From Gammaproteobacteria bacterium (GTDB lineage Bacteria > Pseudomonadota > Gammaproteobacteria > WFUO01), in assembly GCA_015484945.1 (NCBI GenBank), contig WFUO01000061.1:3510-67509 (forward strand): a stretch of 64,000 nucleotides of DNA. Reading direction: 5' to 3'. A model generated the notes under the pieces. It saw nothing but the letters and a program-made list of their open reading frames with translations. It was not told the DNA's origin and ran no database searches. Shown one piece after another: positions 1-8,565 of this stretch (positions are counted from its first letter, which is position 1; each line of letters begins with the position of its first letter). The position numbers were made by a program, and so were the translations under genes.

Positions 1-414
1 CTGCATGTCGTAGCCACGGTCACGGTAGAAGCGGAAGCGTTCACGGCCCTGCGCCTTGACGGTTTCATCGTCGTTGACCAGTTCCACGACCTGGCTGAAA
101 CGGCCGAAGAAGGGGGGCACGGCATCGGTCAGGTTGATGAGCACATCGGTCTCGCGTTCCGGCGCGGTATCATGGCCGATCAGCACGCGCAGTGCAGGGT
201 CGTCCTCGTCGGCCGGGTACAGGCCATGTGGCACGAAGCTGTCGGCACGGAAGGTCCACAGCATTTCGTCGAGCCGGCGCGCGGAACCGGGTGAGTCTGT
301 GTGGATGAATACCCGCTTGCCCAGGCCCAGGATCTTCTCGGTCAGGCGGCAGGCGGTCAGTTCGCGGCTGTTGGGCGCCTGGCCGGGGATGATGTAGAAC
401 TTTACCTGGGTCAT
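1..414 (-). CDS. holC: DNA polymerase III subunit chi (3' end cut by window edge)
   Basis: Absent from the ORF track because there is no stop inside the window. The minus frame is open from ATG (complement of 412-414) to nt 1. Translation [12 protein letters not shown]...[34 protein letters not shown]...[15 protein letters not shown] shows the chi hallmarks FY, GKRV, RLDE.LW, SFVPH and RER..YR. ATGA overlap with the pepA stop. The pepA-holC order matches E. coli. Confidence 0.85.
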   Translation of the reverse strand, partial: MTQVKFYIIPGQAPNSRELTACRLTEKILGLGKRVFIHTDSPGSARRLDEMLWTFRADSFVPHGLYPADEDDPALRVLIGHDTAPERETDVLINLTDAVPPFFGRFSQVVELVNDDETVKAQGRERFRFYRDRGYDMQ

Positions 415-1910
415 TTGCGGTGTTCGATGCGGTCCAGCAGGTATTGTACCAGCATGCCCACCGGCCGGCCGGTGGCGCATTTCTTGTCGCCGCTGATCCA
501 GGCCGTGCCGGCGATGTCGAGATGGGCCCAGTGCATCTTTTTCGTAAAGCGTGACAGGAAACAGGCCGCGGTAATGGTGCCCGCGCCCTTGCCGCCGATA
601 TTGGCCATGTCGGCGAAGTTGCTGTCGAGCTGTTGCTGGTAGTCGTCCCACAACGGCAGTTCCCAGGCGCGGTCGCCCGAGGCCTTGCCGGCATTGAGCA
701 GATCGTGCACGAGTGGTTTGTGGTTGCCTAGCAGGCCGTGGGCGTGACTGCCCAGCGCGACGATACAGGCGCCTGTCAATGTGGCCATGTCGATCACCAC
801 ATCGGGCTTGAAGCGCTCGGTGTAGGTCAGGGCGTCGCACAGGATCAGGCGGCCCTCGGCATCCGTGTTGAGGATTTCGATGGTCTGGCCGGACATGCTC
901 GTGACGATGTCGCCTGGCTTGTTGGCCGCGCCGTCGGGCAGGTTCTCGGAGCTGGGTATCACACCGACGAGGTTCACCGGCAGGTCCATGTCGATGGCGG
1001 CGCGAAGGGTGCCGAGTACGGCGGCGGCGCCGCACATGTCGTATTTCATTTCATCCATCTGCGCGGCGGGCTTGATGGAGATGCCACCGGCATCGAAGGT
1101 CAGGCCTTTGCCGACCAGTGCCACCGGTTTATGGTCTTCTCCAGCCCCCCGATATTGCAGGACGATCAGTTTTGCCGGCTCTCGGCTGCCGCGCGAGACC
1201 GACAGCAGGGCGCCCATGCCCAGTTTTTTCATCTGCGCTTCATCCAGTACCTCGATGCTGGCCTTGTCGCTGCTTCCGGCCAGTTCACGCGCCTGTTCGG
1301 CCAGATATGACGGCGTACAGACATTGCCGGGCAGGTTGCCCAGGTCGCGTGCCAGGCGTACGCCCCGGGCAATGCCCTGACCGATGCGCACCGCCTCCTC
1401 GCTCTCGGCCAGTTCGCGCCGGCTGGGAATACTGAGGATGAGCTTGCGCAGCGGCCGGCGCTGTTTCTCCTGCTTGCTCTTGAGCTGGTCGAAGCGGTAC
1501 AGGGCGTAGTCGGCCGTGATCACCGCCTGGCGCACCTTCATCGCCGTGCCCAGCCCCTTGACCGGCAGTTCAGGCAGGTAATAGACCGCCTCCATGGCGC
1601 CGCCCTCGTCAAGCGCGCGGGTTACGGCCTCGATGACCTTGCGGTATTGACGCAGGCCGAAGTCACGCTCCTTTCCGCAACCGACCAGCATCACCCGGTC
1701 ACACAGGGTGTTGGGGACGTGGTACAGTAGCAGGGTCTGGCCGGTCTTGCCGTCGAGGTCGCCTCGCCGGATCAGGTTGCTGATGAAGCCGTCGCTGGCC
1801 TTGTCCAGTTGTTCGGCGGCGGCCGACAGGCGGCGTGATTCGAACACGCCGACCACGACACAGGCGCTGCGCTGTTTTTCGGGGTTACCGCTCTTGACGC
1901 TGAATTCCAT
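411..1910 (-). CDS. pepA: Leucyl (cytosol) aminopeptidase, M17 family
   Basis: 499 aa ORF with the M17 signature [14 protein letters not shown] and [16 protein letters not shown]. Divergent from lptF as in E. coli. Confidence 0.95.
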   Translation of the reverse strand: MEFSVKSGNPEKQRSACVVVGVFESRRLSAAAEQLDKASDGFISNLIRRGDLDGKTGQTLLLYHVPNTLCDRVMLVGCGKERDFGLRQYRKVIEAVTRALDEGGAMEAVYYLPELPVKGLGTAMKVRQAVITADYALYRFDQLKSKQEKQRRPLRKLILSIPSRRELAESEEAVRIGQGIARGVRLARDLGNLPGNVCTPSYLAEQARELAGSSDKASIEVLDEAQMKKLGMGALLSVSRGSREPAKLIVLQYRGAGEDHKPVALVGKGLTFDAGGISIKPAAQMDEMKYDMCGAAAVLGTLRAAIDMDLPVNLVGVIPSSENLPDGAANKPGDIVTSMSGQTIEILNTDAEGRLILCDALTYTERFKPDVVIDMATLTGACIVALGSHAHGLLGNHKPLVHDLLNAGKASGDRAWELPLWDDYQQQLDSNFADMANIGGKGAGTITAACFLSRFTKKMHWAHLDIAGTAWISGDKKCATGRPVGMLVQYLLDRIEHRK

Positions 1911-2015
1911 GAATCCGGTTCCTGTGCGATTGGATAAAAAACGATATTTTGCCAGTTTACATTAAAAAATGTTTATTTCCAGTCAAAAATACAAGTTTCG
2001 TGGGTGCGGCCGGGC

Positions 2016-3113
2016 ATGTTGCCGGTAACAGACCGATATTTTGCAAGGGAAATCCTGCAAACCCTGCTGGCGGTGGCCATTGTGCTGCTGGTGATTTTCC
2101 TCAGTAACCGGGTGGTGGCCTATCTTGCCCAGGCCGCGTCCGGGCAACTGCCAGCCAGGGTGATCTGGACCCTGGTCATGCTCAAGACCATCAAGTACCT
2201 GATCCTGTTGCTGCCTTTGGCGTTCTATCTCGCCATTCTGCTGGTGCAGGGGCGTATGTACCGTGACAACGAGATGGTGGCCCTGCAGGCCTGCGGGGTC
2301 GGTTACGGCCGTCTGTACCGTCCTGTCGGGCTGATCGGCATACCGCTGGCGTTGCTGCTGGGATGGATGTCACTGCAGGCGGTTCCGTGGACCGCGGCGG
2401 TGGAGTACCGGATCCTTGATGACGTGCGCAAGGATCTCGACGTTGGCGTGGTACAGGCAGGGCAGTTTCGTGAATCGTCGGATGGCAGGCGGATCGTCTA
2501 TGCCGAATCGGTGTCTGCCGATGGCCGCCGCATGCGCAATGTGTTCATACGCGTGCGGGGTTCCGGGCGTGAGACCATTCTGCTCACCGCCAGGCAGGCG
2601 GTGCTGGAGGCCGATGCCGCCAGCGGCGCCCGATATCTGGTACTGCTGGACGGCTACCGTTACGATGGCGAGCCGGGGCGGGCCGACTACCGCGTCACGC
2701 GCTTCGCCCGGCATGGTTTTCTGATCGACAATATCCAGGGAGGCAGGCCGTTGCGGCGCAAGCGAAATTCGATTGCCACACAAAAACTGCTGGCCTCCGG
2801 CAAGCCGGGTGATATTGCCGAGCTGCACTGGCGCCTGTCGGTGCCGCTGAGCGTCCTGGTGCTGGCCCTGCTGGCACTGCCGCTGGGTCACAGTTCGCCC
2901 CGCAAGGGCCAGTACGGGAAGCTGTTCGTTGCCATTCTGATCTATATTCTGTACGTCAATCTGCTGGGGCTGGCGCAGAGCTGGACCGAGAAGGGGCGGA
3001 TCCCGCCATCCATCGGCCTGTGGTGGGTGCATCTGCTGGTGGCGGGTCTGGGTGCCGTGCTGCTGGTGCGCCGCCGACGGTTACGCTGGTTGCGCGGTGG
3101 AGCGCACCGATGA
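2016..3113 (+). CDS. lptF: LPS export ABC permease LptF
   Basis: Polytopic membrane protein of the YjgP/YjgQ type, followed by overlapping lptG and divergent from pepA. The track ORF begins at GTG 2004. ATG 2016 (MLPVTDRYFAREIL) is chosen, so the start is uncertain by 12 nt. Confidence 0.85.
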   Translation: MLPVTDRYFAREILQTLLAVAIVLLVIFLSNRVVAYLAQAASGQLPARVIWTLVMLKTIKYLILLLPLAFYLAILLVQGRMYRDNEMVALQACGVGYGRLYRPVGLIGIPLALLLGWMSLQAVPWTAAVEYRILDDVRKDLDVGVVQAGQFRESSDGRRIVYAESVSADGRRMRNVFIRVRGSGRETILLTARQAVLEADAASGARYLVLLDGYRYDGEPGRADYRVTRFARHGFLIDNIQGGRPLRRKRNSIATQKLLASGKPGDIAELHWRLSVPLSVLVLALLALPLGHSSPRKGQYGKLFVAILIYILYVNLLGLAQSWTEKGRIPPSIGLWWVHLLVAGLGAVLLVRRRRLRWLRGGAHR

Positions 3114-4177
3114 GGATCATTGATCGCTACGTCGCCCGTCAGGTCATCACCGGCAGTCTGCTGGCCCTGTTTGTTTTGACCGGTATCGCAGTATTTTTCA
3201 CCTTTCTGGCCCAGTTGGGCGATCTCAACCAGCGCTATACGCTGGGCAAGGCAATTGCCTATGTGTTGCTCAGTCTGCCGCGCCGGGCCTATGAACTGTT
3301 GCCTACCGCGGTGCTGCTGGGCAGTCTCATGGGGTTGGGCGCGTTGGCTTCGAGCAGCGAACTGGTGGTGTTGCGCGCCGCCGGTGTGTCGGTCGCCCGG
3401 GTCGGGCTTTCCGTGCTCAAGGCCGGGCTGGCCGTGGGCGTGTTTGCCCTGCTGCTCGGCGAGGTGGTCGCACCGCCCGGTGAGCAGTACGCCCAGCAGA
3501 TGAAGAGTGCAGCCATGACCGGCGCCATCACGTTGCGCAGCCGGCATGGTTTCTGGGCGCGCGACGGGCAGAATTATGTGAGTATCTCTCGTGTGCTGCC
3601 CGGTGCGCGTCTGGAGAACATCGTGATCTACCGTTACGATGATTCGCTGCGTCTGCGTTCAGTCACACATGCGCCACATGCGGAGTTTCGCGATGGCCGC
3701 TGGTTGTTGCGTGACATTCGCCAGACCCGCTTCAGTGATGCTGGTGCGCATGTGGAAGTACGCAAACAGGCCTGGTGGTCGTCGATTCTTGCACCCGAGT
3801 TGCTCGATGTGCTGGTTGTCAAGCCGTTGCATCTGTCGGCCTGGTCACTGATGCAGTACATCCGTTACCTGCGACTGAACAGTCTGGATACGCAGCAGTA
3901 CAGTCTGGCATTGTGGGTCAAGCTCATGCAGCCGTTCACGGCCATGGCCATGTTGCTGCTGGCCGTGCCGTTCGTGTTCGGGTCGTTGCGCAGCACCGGT
4001 GCCGGTCAGCGCATGCTGGTGGGGGTGCTGATCGGCATGGGTTTTCATCTTGCCAGTCAGGCCATACACCATACCGGGCTCGTGTATGGCGCGCCGGCCG
4101 CGCTCAGTGCAGCGACGCCTGTTGTGTTGATGGTATTGACGGCCTGGTGGATGATGCGCCGCACCGAGCGGGTTTGA
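3110..4177 (+). CDS. lptG: LPS export ABC permease LptG
   Basis: MRIIDRYVARQV... is a typical LptG N-terminus. ATG 3110 overlaps the lptF stop (ATGA). The track ORF start at 3020 is an in-frame extension inside lptF. Confidence 0.9.
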   Translation: MRIIDRYVARQVITGSLLALFVLTGIAVFFTFLAQLGDLNQRYTLGKAIAYVLLSLPRRAYELLPTAVLLGSLMGLGALASSSELVVLRAAGVSVARVGLSVLKAGLAVGVFALLLGEVVAPPGEQYAQQMKSAAMTGAITLRSRHGFWARDGQNYVSISRVLPGARLENIVIYRYDDSLRLRSVTHAPHAEFRDGRWLLRDIRQTRFSDAGAHVEVRKQAWWSSILAPELLDVLVVKPLHLSAWSLMQYIRYLRLNSLDTQQYSLALWVKLMQPFTAMAMLLLAVPFVFGSLRSTGAGQRMLVGVLIGMGFHLASQAIHHTGLVYGAPAALSAATPVVLMVLTAWWMMRRTERV

Positions 4178-4432
4178 GTCTTGCAACGACAGGCGTCATG
4201 GATTGAACGCGGAGAACGCACAGGCGCGGAGTACGCGGAGAGGGCTTTTTATGTTGATTCGTATCACAGGCATCGATACCGGTGAAGAACCCAGGAGGAA
4301 GATGGGGTAGCGATGAAATCATGGCTATGCATCATCGGTTCGACTGGCCGGCCGGTTCCGAGTCGCACTGCCCATGGAAGACAACGCTGTGTTCTTTGTG
4401 TTGAAACACGCTCTGACCCGCTGTGGGGGCAT

Positions 4433-4897
4433 TCAATTGGATGGCGGGACGTAGCGGGCGTCGACCATGATCATTTCGCTGGCCGAGAGCTTGTCGTAGA
4501 GTGACTGGCGGCGGGGATCGAACAGCGTCAGCAGCAGGCCCAGTCCAAGGCTCAGCGTGGCTGAAAAGAAGCGCACAGTGGCCTGTATCCAGCCGATGTT
4601 GCTGCCATCCGGTGACTGCACGCGCATTTTCCATGCGCGCATGCCCAGTGTCTGTCCGCCATGGGTCCAGAACCAGGCGAAGAATACATATACCCACAGC
4701 ACCAGCCAGGCGCGGTACAGCCACGGGAAGTTTTTGTGCAGTTCCGTGGTGCCCGCCACCAGTTTTCCAAGGACCATGGCCACGGCGGTAGCGATCATCA
4801 GGATGGCCAGTACCAGCAGGCTGTCGTAGAGCAGAGCACCGAGCCGGCGCACAAGACCCGGATAGGCGTCGATAGAATGTTCTGATCCTGATGTCAC
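4433..4897 (-). CDS. RDD family membrane protein
   Basis: RDD-type sequence: YPGLVRRLGALLYDSLLVL, GQTLGMRAWKMRV, RRQSLYDKLS. The track ORF runs to GTG 4975, which leaves only 15 nt before the divergent gene at 4991. GTG 4897 gives a typical short N-terminus and a 93 nt divergent promoter region. The start is uncertain. Confidence 0.7.
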   Translation of the reverse strand: MTSGSEHSIDAYPGLVRRLGALLYDSLLVLAILMIATAVAMVLGKLVAGTTELHKNFPWLYRAWLVLWVYVFFAWFWTHGGQTLGMRAWKMRVQSPDGSNIGWIQATVRFFSATLSLGLGLLLTLFDPRRQSLYDKLSASEMIMVDARYVPPSN

Positions 4898-4990
4898 GAT
4901 AATTAATCCGCGGTTTGGTTTTAATTCGGGGTTGGTTATGCTAAATACACTAAATACAGAACAACAAGACGTCACCTGAAGCGAGGAGTT

Positions 4991-5347
4991 ATGGACATTA
5001 TATCAGAGCTTGCCTCGATGCCGGGAGTCATTGCCGCTGGAGAGTATTCCTACCGTGGTGACCGGTTCACCTATCAGGGTCAGCTTGACCCCGAGCAGGC
5101 GCGCATGGCATCTATCATGTGCAGGGCCACGACCATGAGCGTGCACATGCAATCCGAGATTCTCGAATCCTTCTGTGAAGACTGTGGCCTGACGCCGTCA
5201 CGGGGCTGGATGGTCAGCGGCCCCGGCATGACGGTGTGTGTATATACCAACGTATTTGCGTTTCTCGACAACCGGCAGGCATCGAAGAATGCCGTGATGG
5301 CCTTCATGCAGGCAAAACTGGCCGACAAGACAGACGACCTTGTCTGA
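4991..5347 (+). CDS. DUF2173 / Roadblock-LC7-like small protein, paralog 1
   Basis: 118 aa with SD gaggag 4 nt upstream. Shares the pattern L..MPGV.AAGEYS..G and GW.V.G..M.VC with the next two ORFs. Family named from memory (Pfam DUF2173 / COG4831), not searched. Confidence 0.6.
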   Translation: MDIISELASMPGVIAAGEYSYRGDRFTYQGQLDPEQARMASIMCRATTMSVHMQSEILESFCEDCGLTPSRGWMVSGPGMTVCVYTNVFAFLDNRQASKNAVMAFMQAKLADKTDDLV

Positions 5348-5383
5348 ACAAGAACAACAGTGAAGTGAAAGGAGCGACTACCC

Positions 5384-5722
5384 ATGCCTGATCTGGACAA
5401 GTTGATGAGCCTGCCGGGCGCGCTGGCGTCTTTCGAATTCAATGACCGTGGCGAACTGAAGGAAAGCAGGATCGCAGAGGGAAGTAATCTCAACGATACC
5501 GTACTCGATCTGGTTTGCCACATGTGTATCGCGAATATCTCCATCGCCACCATGCAGGCGCGTGGCTGGGAGAGCATGACAGGCGCCCAGGGCTTTTACC
5601 CCATCAATGGCTTTACGCTGATGGGGCTGGAGTGGTCGGCCGTGGCCACGGGCTCGCACGGTGTCATCATGAAAAACGGCGAGGCCGACTACGAGGCGGC
5701 CTATGCCGCCCTGGCCGAATAG
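5384..5722 (+). CDS. DUF2173 / Roadblock-LC7-like small protein, paralog 2
   Basis: 112 aa with SD aggag upstream. LMSLPGALASFEFNDRGEL matches the N-terminal pattern of paralogs 1 and 3. 36 nt after paralog 1. Confidence 0.6.
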   Translation: MPDLDKLMSLPGALASFEFNDRGELKESRIAEGSNLNDTVLDLVCHMCIANISIATMQARGWESMTGAQGFYPINGFTLMGLEWSAVATGSHGVIMKNGEADYEAAYAALAE

Positions 5723-5730
5723 GTGCTGCC

Positions 5731-6063
5731 ATGATCAAGCGAATGCTGGCAGTCGATGGTGTGAATGTCATCTGCGAGTTCCGAGACGACGGCAGCTTTG
5801 TCGAGGGTTATGGCATGCTGCCCGAAGAACATATGATGGGATTGGCCAAGTTTGCTCATGATTACAAGCGGATCGTACAGGGCAACGCCGACCAGTTGTC
5901 TATGTTCACGCAAATGAACGGCTGGACACCGCCGGGCGGCTGGATCGTGCGTGGCGAACGGATGTCGGTTTGCAGTATCGGCAATCTCGTATGCCTGGTC
6001 GATAATGAGGAAGGCTCCTTGACCGAAGTGATGGCGGAACTGAAAGACGTTTCGTCGATGTGA
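5731..6063 (+). CDS. DUF2173 / Roadblock-LC7-like small protein, paralog 3
   Basis: Internal ATG 5731 of track ORF 5515..6063, 8 nt after the paralog 2 stop. MIKRMLAVDGVNVICEFRDDGSF...GWTPPGGWIVRGERMSVC aligns with paralog 1 (GWMVSGPGMTVC). Confidence 0.6.
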   Translation: MIKRMLAVDGVNVICEFRDDGSFVEGYGMLPEEHMMGLAKFAHDYKRIVQGNADQLSMFTQMNGWTPPGGWIVRGERMSVCSIGNLVCLVDNEEGSLTEVMAELKDVSSM

Positions 6064-6093
6064 CATCTTGTCATTCAGCCAGCGGGGAAGGCC

Positions 6094-6717
6094 ATGAGCT
6101 ACCAGGTGCGTTTCTACAAGGGAGACTATCGCGAGCGTCAGGCGCAGGCCAACGCCGATGGTTGCGTGGCCTATGTCGAGCACCATTTCAACAGCAGCGC
6201 CAATCCCGATGCCGGTTACGCGGTGGTCATCACCGGTTCCAACGCGTCGCGCACCAGTAAGGCATGGGGGCGCTGGTATGCCCGGGCCGTGGCGGATGAG
6301 TTCGGCATCCGCACCGGTGGTGATGATGGTATCATGGTCGGTGGTTATGGTGGGCGTGGTGACAGCAACATCTATTACACCCGCATGCCCGCGATACTGC
6401 TCGAGCCGCTGTTCGCCAGCAACCCACAGCACGCCGAATGGATCCGCAGCGAGGACGGGCGCGAACGTCTGGCGCGTATTCTGGCCGAGAGCATACGCCG
6501 GTTTTTTCCCGGTGGTGGTCTGGTTGGCTTCAGCGTCGGACACAAGTACAAGACCAGCCGTCCTGATGATCGCGGCGCGCCCGTTTACGGCGGCGGCACA
6601 GAGGCAGACCATGCCGAGATGGTTTTGCAGCGCGCGGCGGACATGCTGACGGGTGATGCGCAATCCGTTGCCACCGACGAATCCGGCCCTTCCACGAGCG
6701 AACACCATCATCACTGA
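6094..6717 (+). CDS. Amidase_3-like (N-acetylmuramoyl-L-alanine amidase-related) protein, no signal peptide, His-rich C-terminus
   Basis: 207 aa. YVEHHFNS resembles SIHADA, and PAILLEPLFASNP resembles SILVETAFISNP, both from the bona fide AmiB in this window. A GH...GA...E segment (FSVGHKYKTSRPDDRGAPVYGGGTEAD) occurs after these motifs rather than before. Ends in SEHHHH. Confidence 0.55.
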   Translation: MSYQVRFYKGDYRERQAQANADGCVAYVEHHFNSSANPDAGYAVVITGSNASRTSKAWGRWYARAVADEFGIRTGGDDGIMVGGYGGRGDSNIYYTRMPAILLEPLFASNPQHAEWIRSEDGRERLARILAESIRRFFPGGGLVGFSVGHKYKTSRPDDRGAPVYGGGTEADHAEMVLQRAADMLTGDAQSVATDESGPSTSEHHHH

Positions 6718-6754
6718 GTGGGGCAGGGTTATGGTATGATGCTGGCCATATCCA

Positions 6755-8080
6755 ATGCAGCAGGTAGGAACCATCGAAGAACCACGCATCATTCCACGCT
6801 CCGGGCACACGATTTCCCGCAAGCACATCAGTGAGCATGCGCTCAAGGTGCTCTATCGCCTGAAAAAGGCAGGCTACCAGAGTTACCTGGTCGGCGGTTG
6901 TGTGCGTGACCTGCTGCTCGGCCACGAACCCAAGGATTTCGATGTCGCCACCGACGCGCGGCCCGAGGAAGTCAGGGCATTGTTCAGCAACTGCCGTCTG
7001 ATCGGTCGGCGCTTCCGCCTGGCGCATGTGTTCTTTGGCCGCAACATCATCGAGGTGGCCACGTTCCGCGGGCAGTCGTCGGATGGTGAGGGTGAACGCA
7101 CGGCCGCCGACGACGGACGCCTGTTGCGCGACAATGTCTATGGCACATTGGAGGAAGACGCCTGGCGGCGCGACTTCACTGTCAATGCGTTGTACTACAA
7201 CATCGACGACTTTTCACTGGTCGATTACACCGGTGGCCTGGATGATTTGCGTGCCGGTGTCTTGCGCCTGATCGGTGATCCGGACACCCGATATCGCGAG
7301 GACCCGGTGCGCATGTTGCGCGCTATCCGCTTCGCCGCGCGCCTGGGTTTTCGCATGCACCCCGATACCGAGGCGCCGATTGCGCAGCTGGCCGGGCTGC
7401 TCGAGGGTATCTCGCCTTCGCGTCTTTTCGACGAGACACTGAAGCTGTTCATGTCTGGCTATGCGGTCCCGACCTGGGAACTGCTGCGCCAACACGGCCT
7501 GTTCGGTGTGCTGTATCCGCAGACTGAAAGCGCACTGGCGGAGGAGGAGGCGGGCTTTCCACGGGTGATGCTGGCACGCGCGATGGAGAACACCGATCTG
7601 CGTATCGAGCAGCGCAAGCCGGTGACGCCGTATTTTCTCTATGCGGCGCTGTTGTGGGAGCCGGTCAGGCTGCGTATGCAGGCGTTGATGGCGGCGGATG
7701 AACGGCTTGGCGAGGTCATGGCCCTGCAGATCGCCGGTGGCGAGGTGCTGTCGGAACAACTGCGCCGGGTGTCGATTCCCAAGCGTTTCAGTTTGCCCAT
7801 GCGCGAGATCTGGACCTTGCAGCCACGGTTTGCGCAACGCCGTGGCGCGCGGCCGTTACGCCTGCTTGGTCACCCGCGTTTCCGGGCCGCCTACGATTTT
7901 CTGTTGTTGCGTGCCGAAAGCGGCGAGGCCGATCCGGAACTGGCTGAATGGTGGACGCGCTTCCAGACCCTGGATGCCGACGAGCAACGCGCCCTGGTGC
8001 AGCCTGCCGGCAAACGCGGACGCCGGCGCCGGTCACGCAAGCGGAAGGCGCCCGCATCCGGTGGCGATGGTCAGGCATGA
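6755..8080 (+). CDS. pcnB: Poly(A) polymerase I
   Basis: 441 aa with the nucleotidyltransferase motif YLVGGCVRDLLLGHEPKDFDVAT and a basic C-terminal tail. Followed by overlapping folK as in E. coli. Confidence 0.93.
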   Translation: MQQVGTIEEPRIIPRSGHTISRKHISEHALKVLYRLKKAGYQSYLVGGCVRDLLLGHEPKDFDVATDARPEEVRALFSNCRLIGRRFRLAHVFFGRNIIEVATFRGQSSDGEGERTAADDGRLLRDNVYGTLEEDAWRRDFTVNALYYNIDDFSLVDYTGGLDDLRAGVLRLIGDPDTRYREDPVRMLRAIRFAARLGFRMHPDTEAPIAQLAGLLEGISPSRLFDETLKLFMSGYAVPTWELLRQHGLFGVLYPQTESALAEEEAGFPRVMLARAMENTDLRIEQRKPVTPYFLYAALLWEPVRLRMQALMAADERLGEVMALQIAGGEVLSEQLRRVSIPKRFSLPMREIWTLQPRFAQRRGARPLRLLGHPRFRAAYDFLLLRAESGEADPELAEWWTRFQTLDADEQRALVQPAGKRGRRRRSRKRKAPASGGDGQA

Positions 8081-8565
8081 TCCCCCGTCAGCAGGCATGG
8101 ATCGGACTGGGCAGCAATCTGGCCGACCCGCTCGCACAGTTGCGCCGCGCACTTGACGAACTGGATCACCTGCCTGAGACCCGGCTGCTGGCTGCCTCGT
8201 CCATATACCGCAGCCCGCCGATGGGGCCAAAGGACCAGCCCGATTATTTCAATGCGGTGGCGCGTCTCGAGACTGGCCTGGCGCCACAGGCCCTGCTGGC
8301 TGAACTGCAGGACATCGAGAGGGCGCATGACCGGGTACGCGAACGGCGCTGGGGTCCACGCACGCTGGATCTCGACATCCTGCTGTATGGCGGGCTGATC
8401 ATCGACGAGCCTGATTTGCAGGTACCCCACCCGGGGCTGCACGAGCGGGCCTTCGTGTTGTATCCTTTGCGTGAACTGGCGCCGTCGCTGGAGATACCCG
8501 GGCGCGGTACGGTGCGTATTCTGTGCGAACAGGTTGTGGCTGACGGCTTGGTGGCGGTCGAATGA
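8077..8565 (+). CDS. folK: 2-amino-4-hydroxy-6-hydroxymethyldihydropteridine diphosphokinase
   Basis: MIPRQQAWIGLGSNLADPLAQL...RWGPRTLDLDILLY...PHP are HPPK motifs. ATG 8077 overlaps the pcnB stop (ATGA). The track start at 7948 is an extension. Confidence 0.92.
   Translation: MIPRQQAWIGLGSNLADPLAQLRRALDELDHLPETRLLAASSIYRSPPMGPKDQPDYFNAVARLETGLAPQALLAELQDIERAHDRVRERRWGPRTLDLDILLYGGLIIDEPDLQVPHPGLHERAFVLYPLRELAPSLEIPGRGTVRILCEQVVADGLVAVE

Noticed and set aside
170-694. 174 aa minus-strand ORF spanning the holC/pepA junction, together with the plus-strand ORFs 56..397 and 301..642.
   Set aside because: They are out of frame with the well-supported holC and pepA reading frames, and their composition (P/R/A-rich) is non-protein-like.
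4260-4330. Apparent resemblance between this spacer (gtatcacaggcatcgatacc...gatggggtagcgatgaaatcatgg) and 16300-16365 (gtgtcaccccggatgcatgtacc...gagggtagatgcggaaacagg), suggesting a dispersed repeat family.
   Set aside because: The similarity needs many gaps and I cannot evaluate it statistically by eye. A dot-plot or blastn would be required.
5701-6846. 381 aa minus-strand ORF. Similar long antisense ORFs occur elsewhere, e.g. 17384..18508(+), 19716..21056(+), 25134..26339(+), 31102..32259(+), 33651..34943(+), 34340..36097(-), 36980..38011(-), 44614..45609(-), 48331..49344(-), 58406..59521(-), 62204..63235(-).
   Set aside because: Each lies entirely antisense to, or out of frame with, a gene that has clear family motifs. 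The translations are Arg/Gly/Ala/Pro-rich low-complexity sequence with no recognisable motifs. These are typical shadow ORFs of high-GC DNA.
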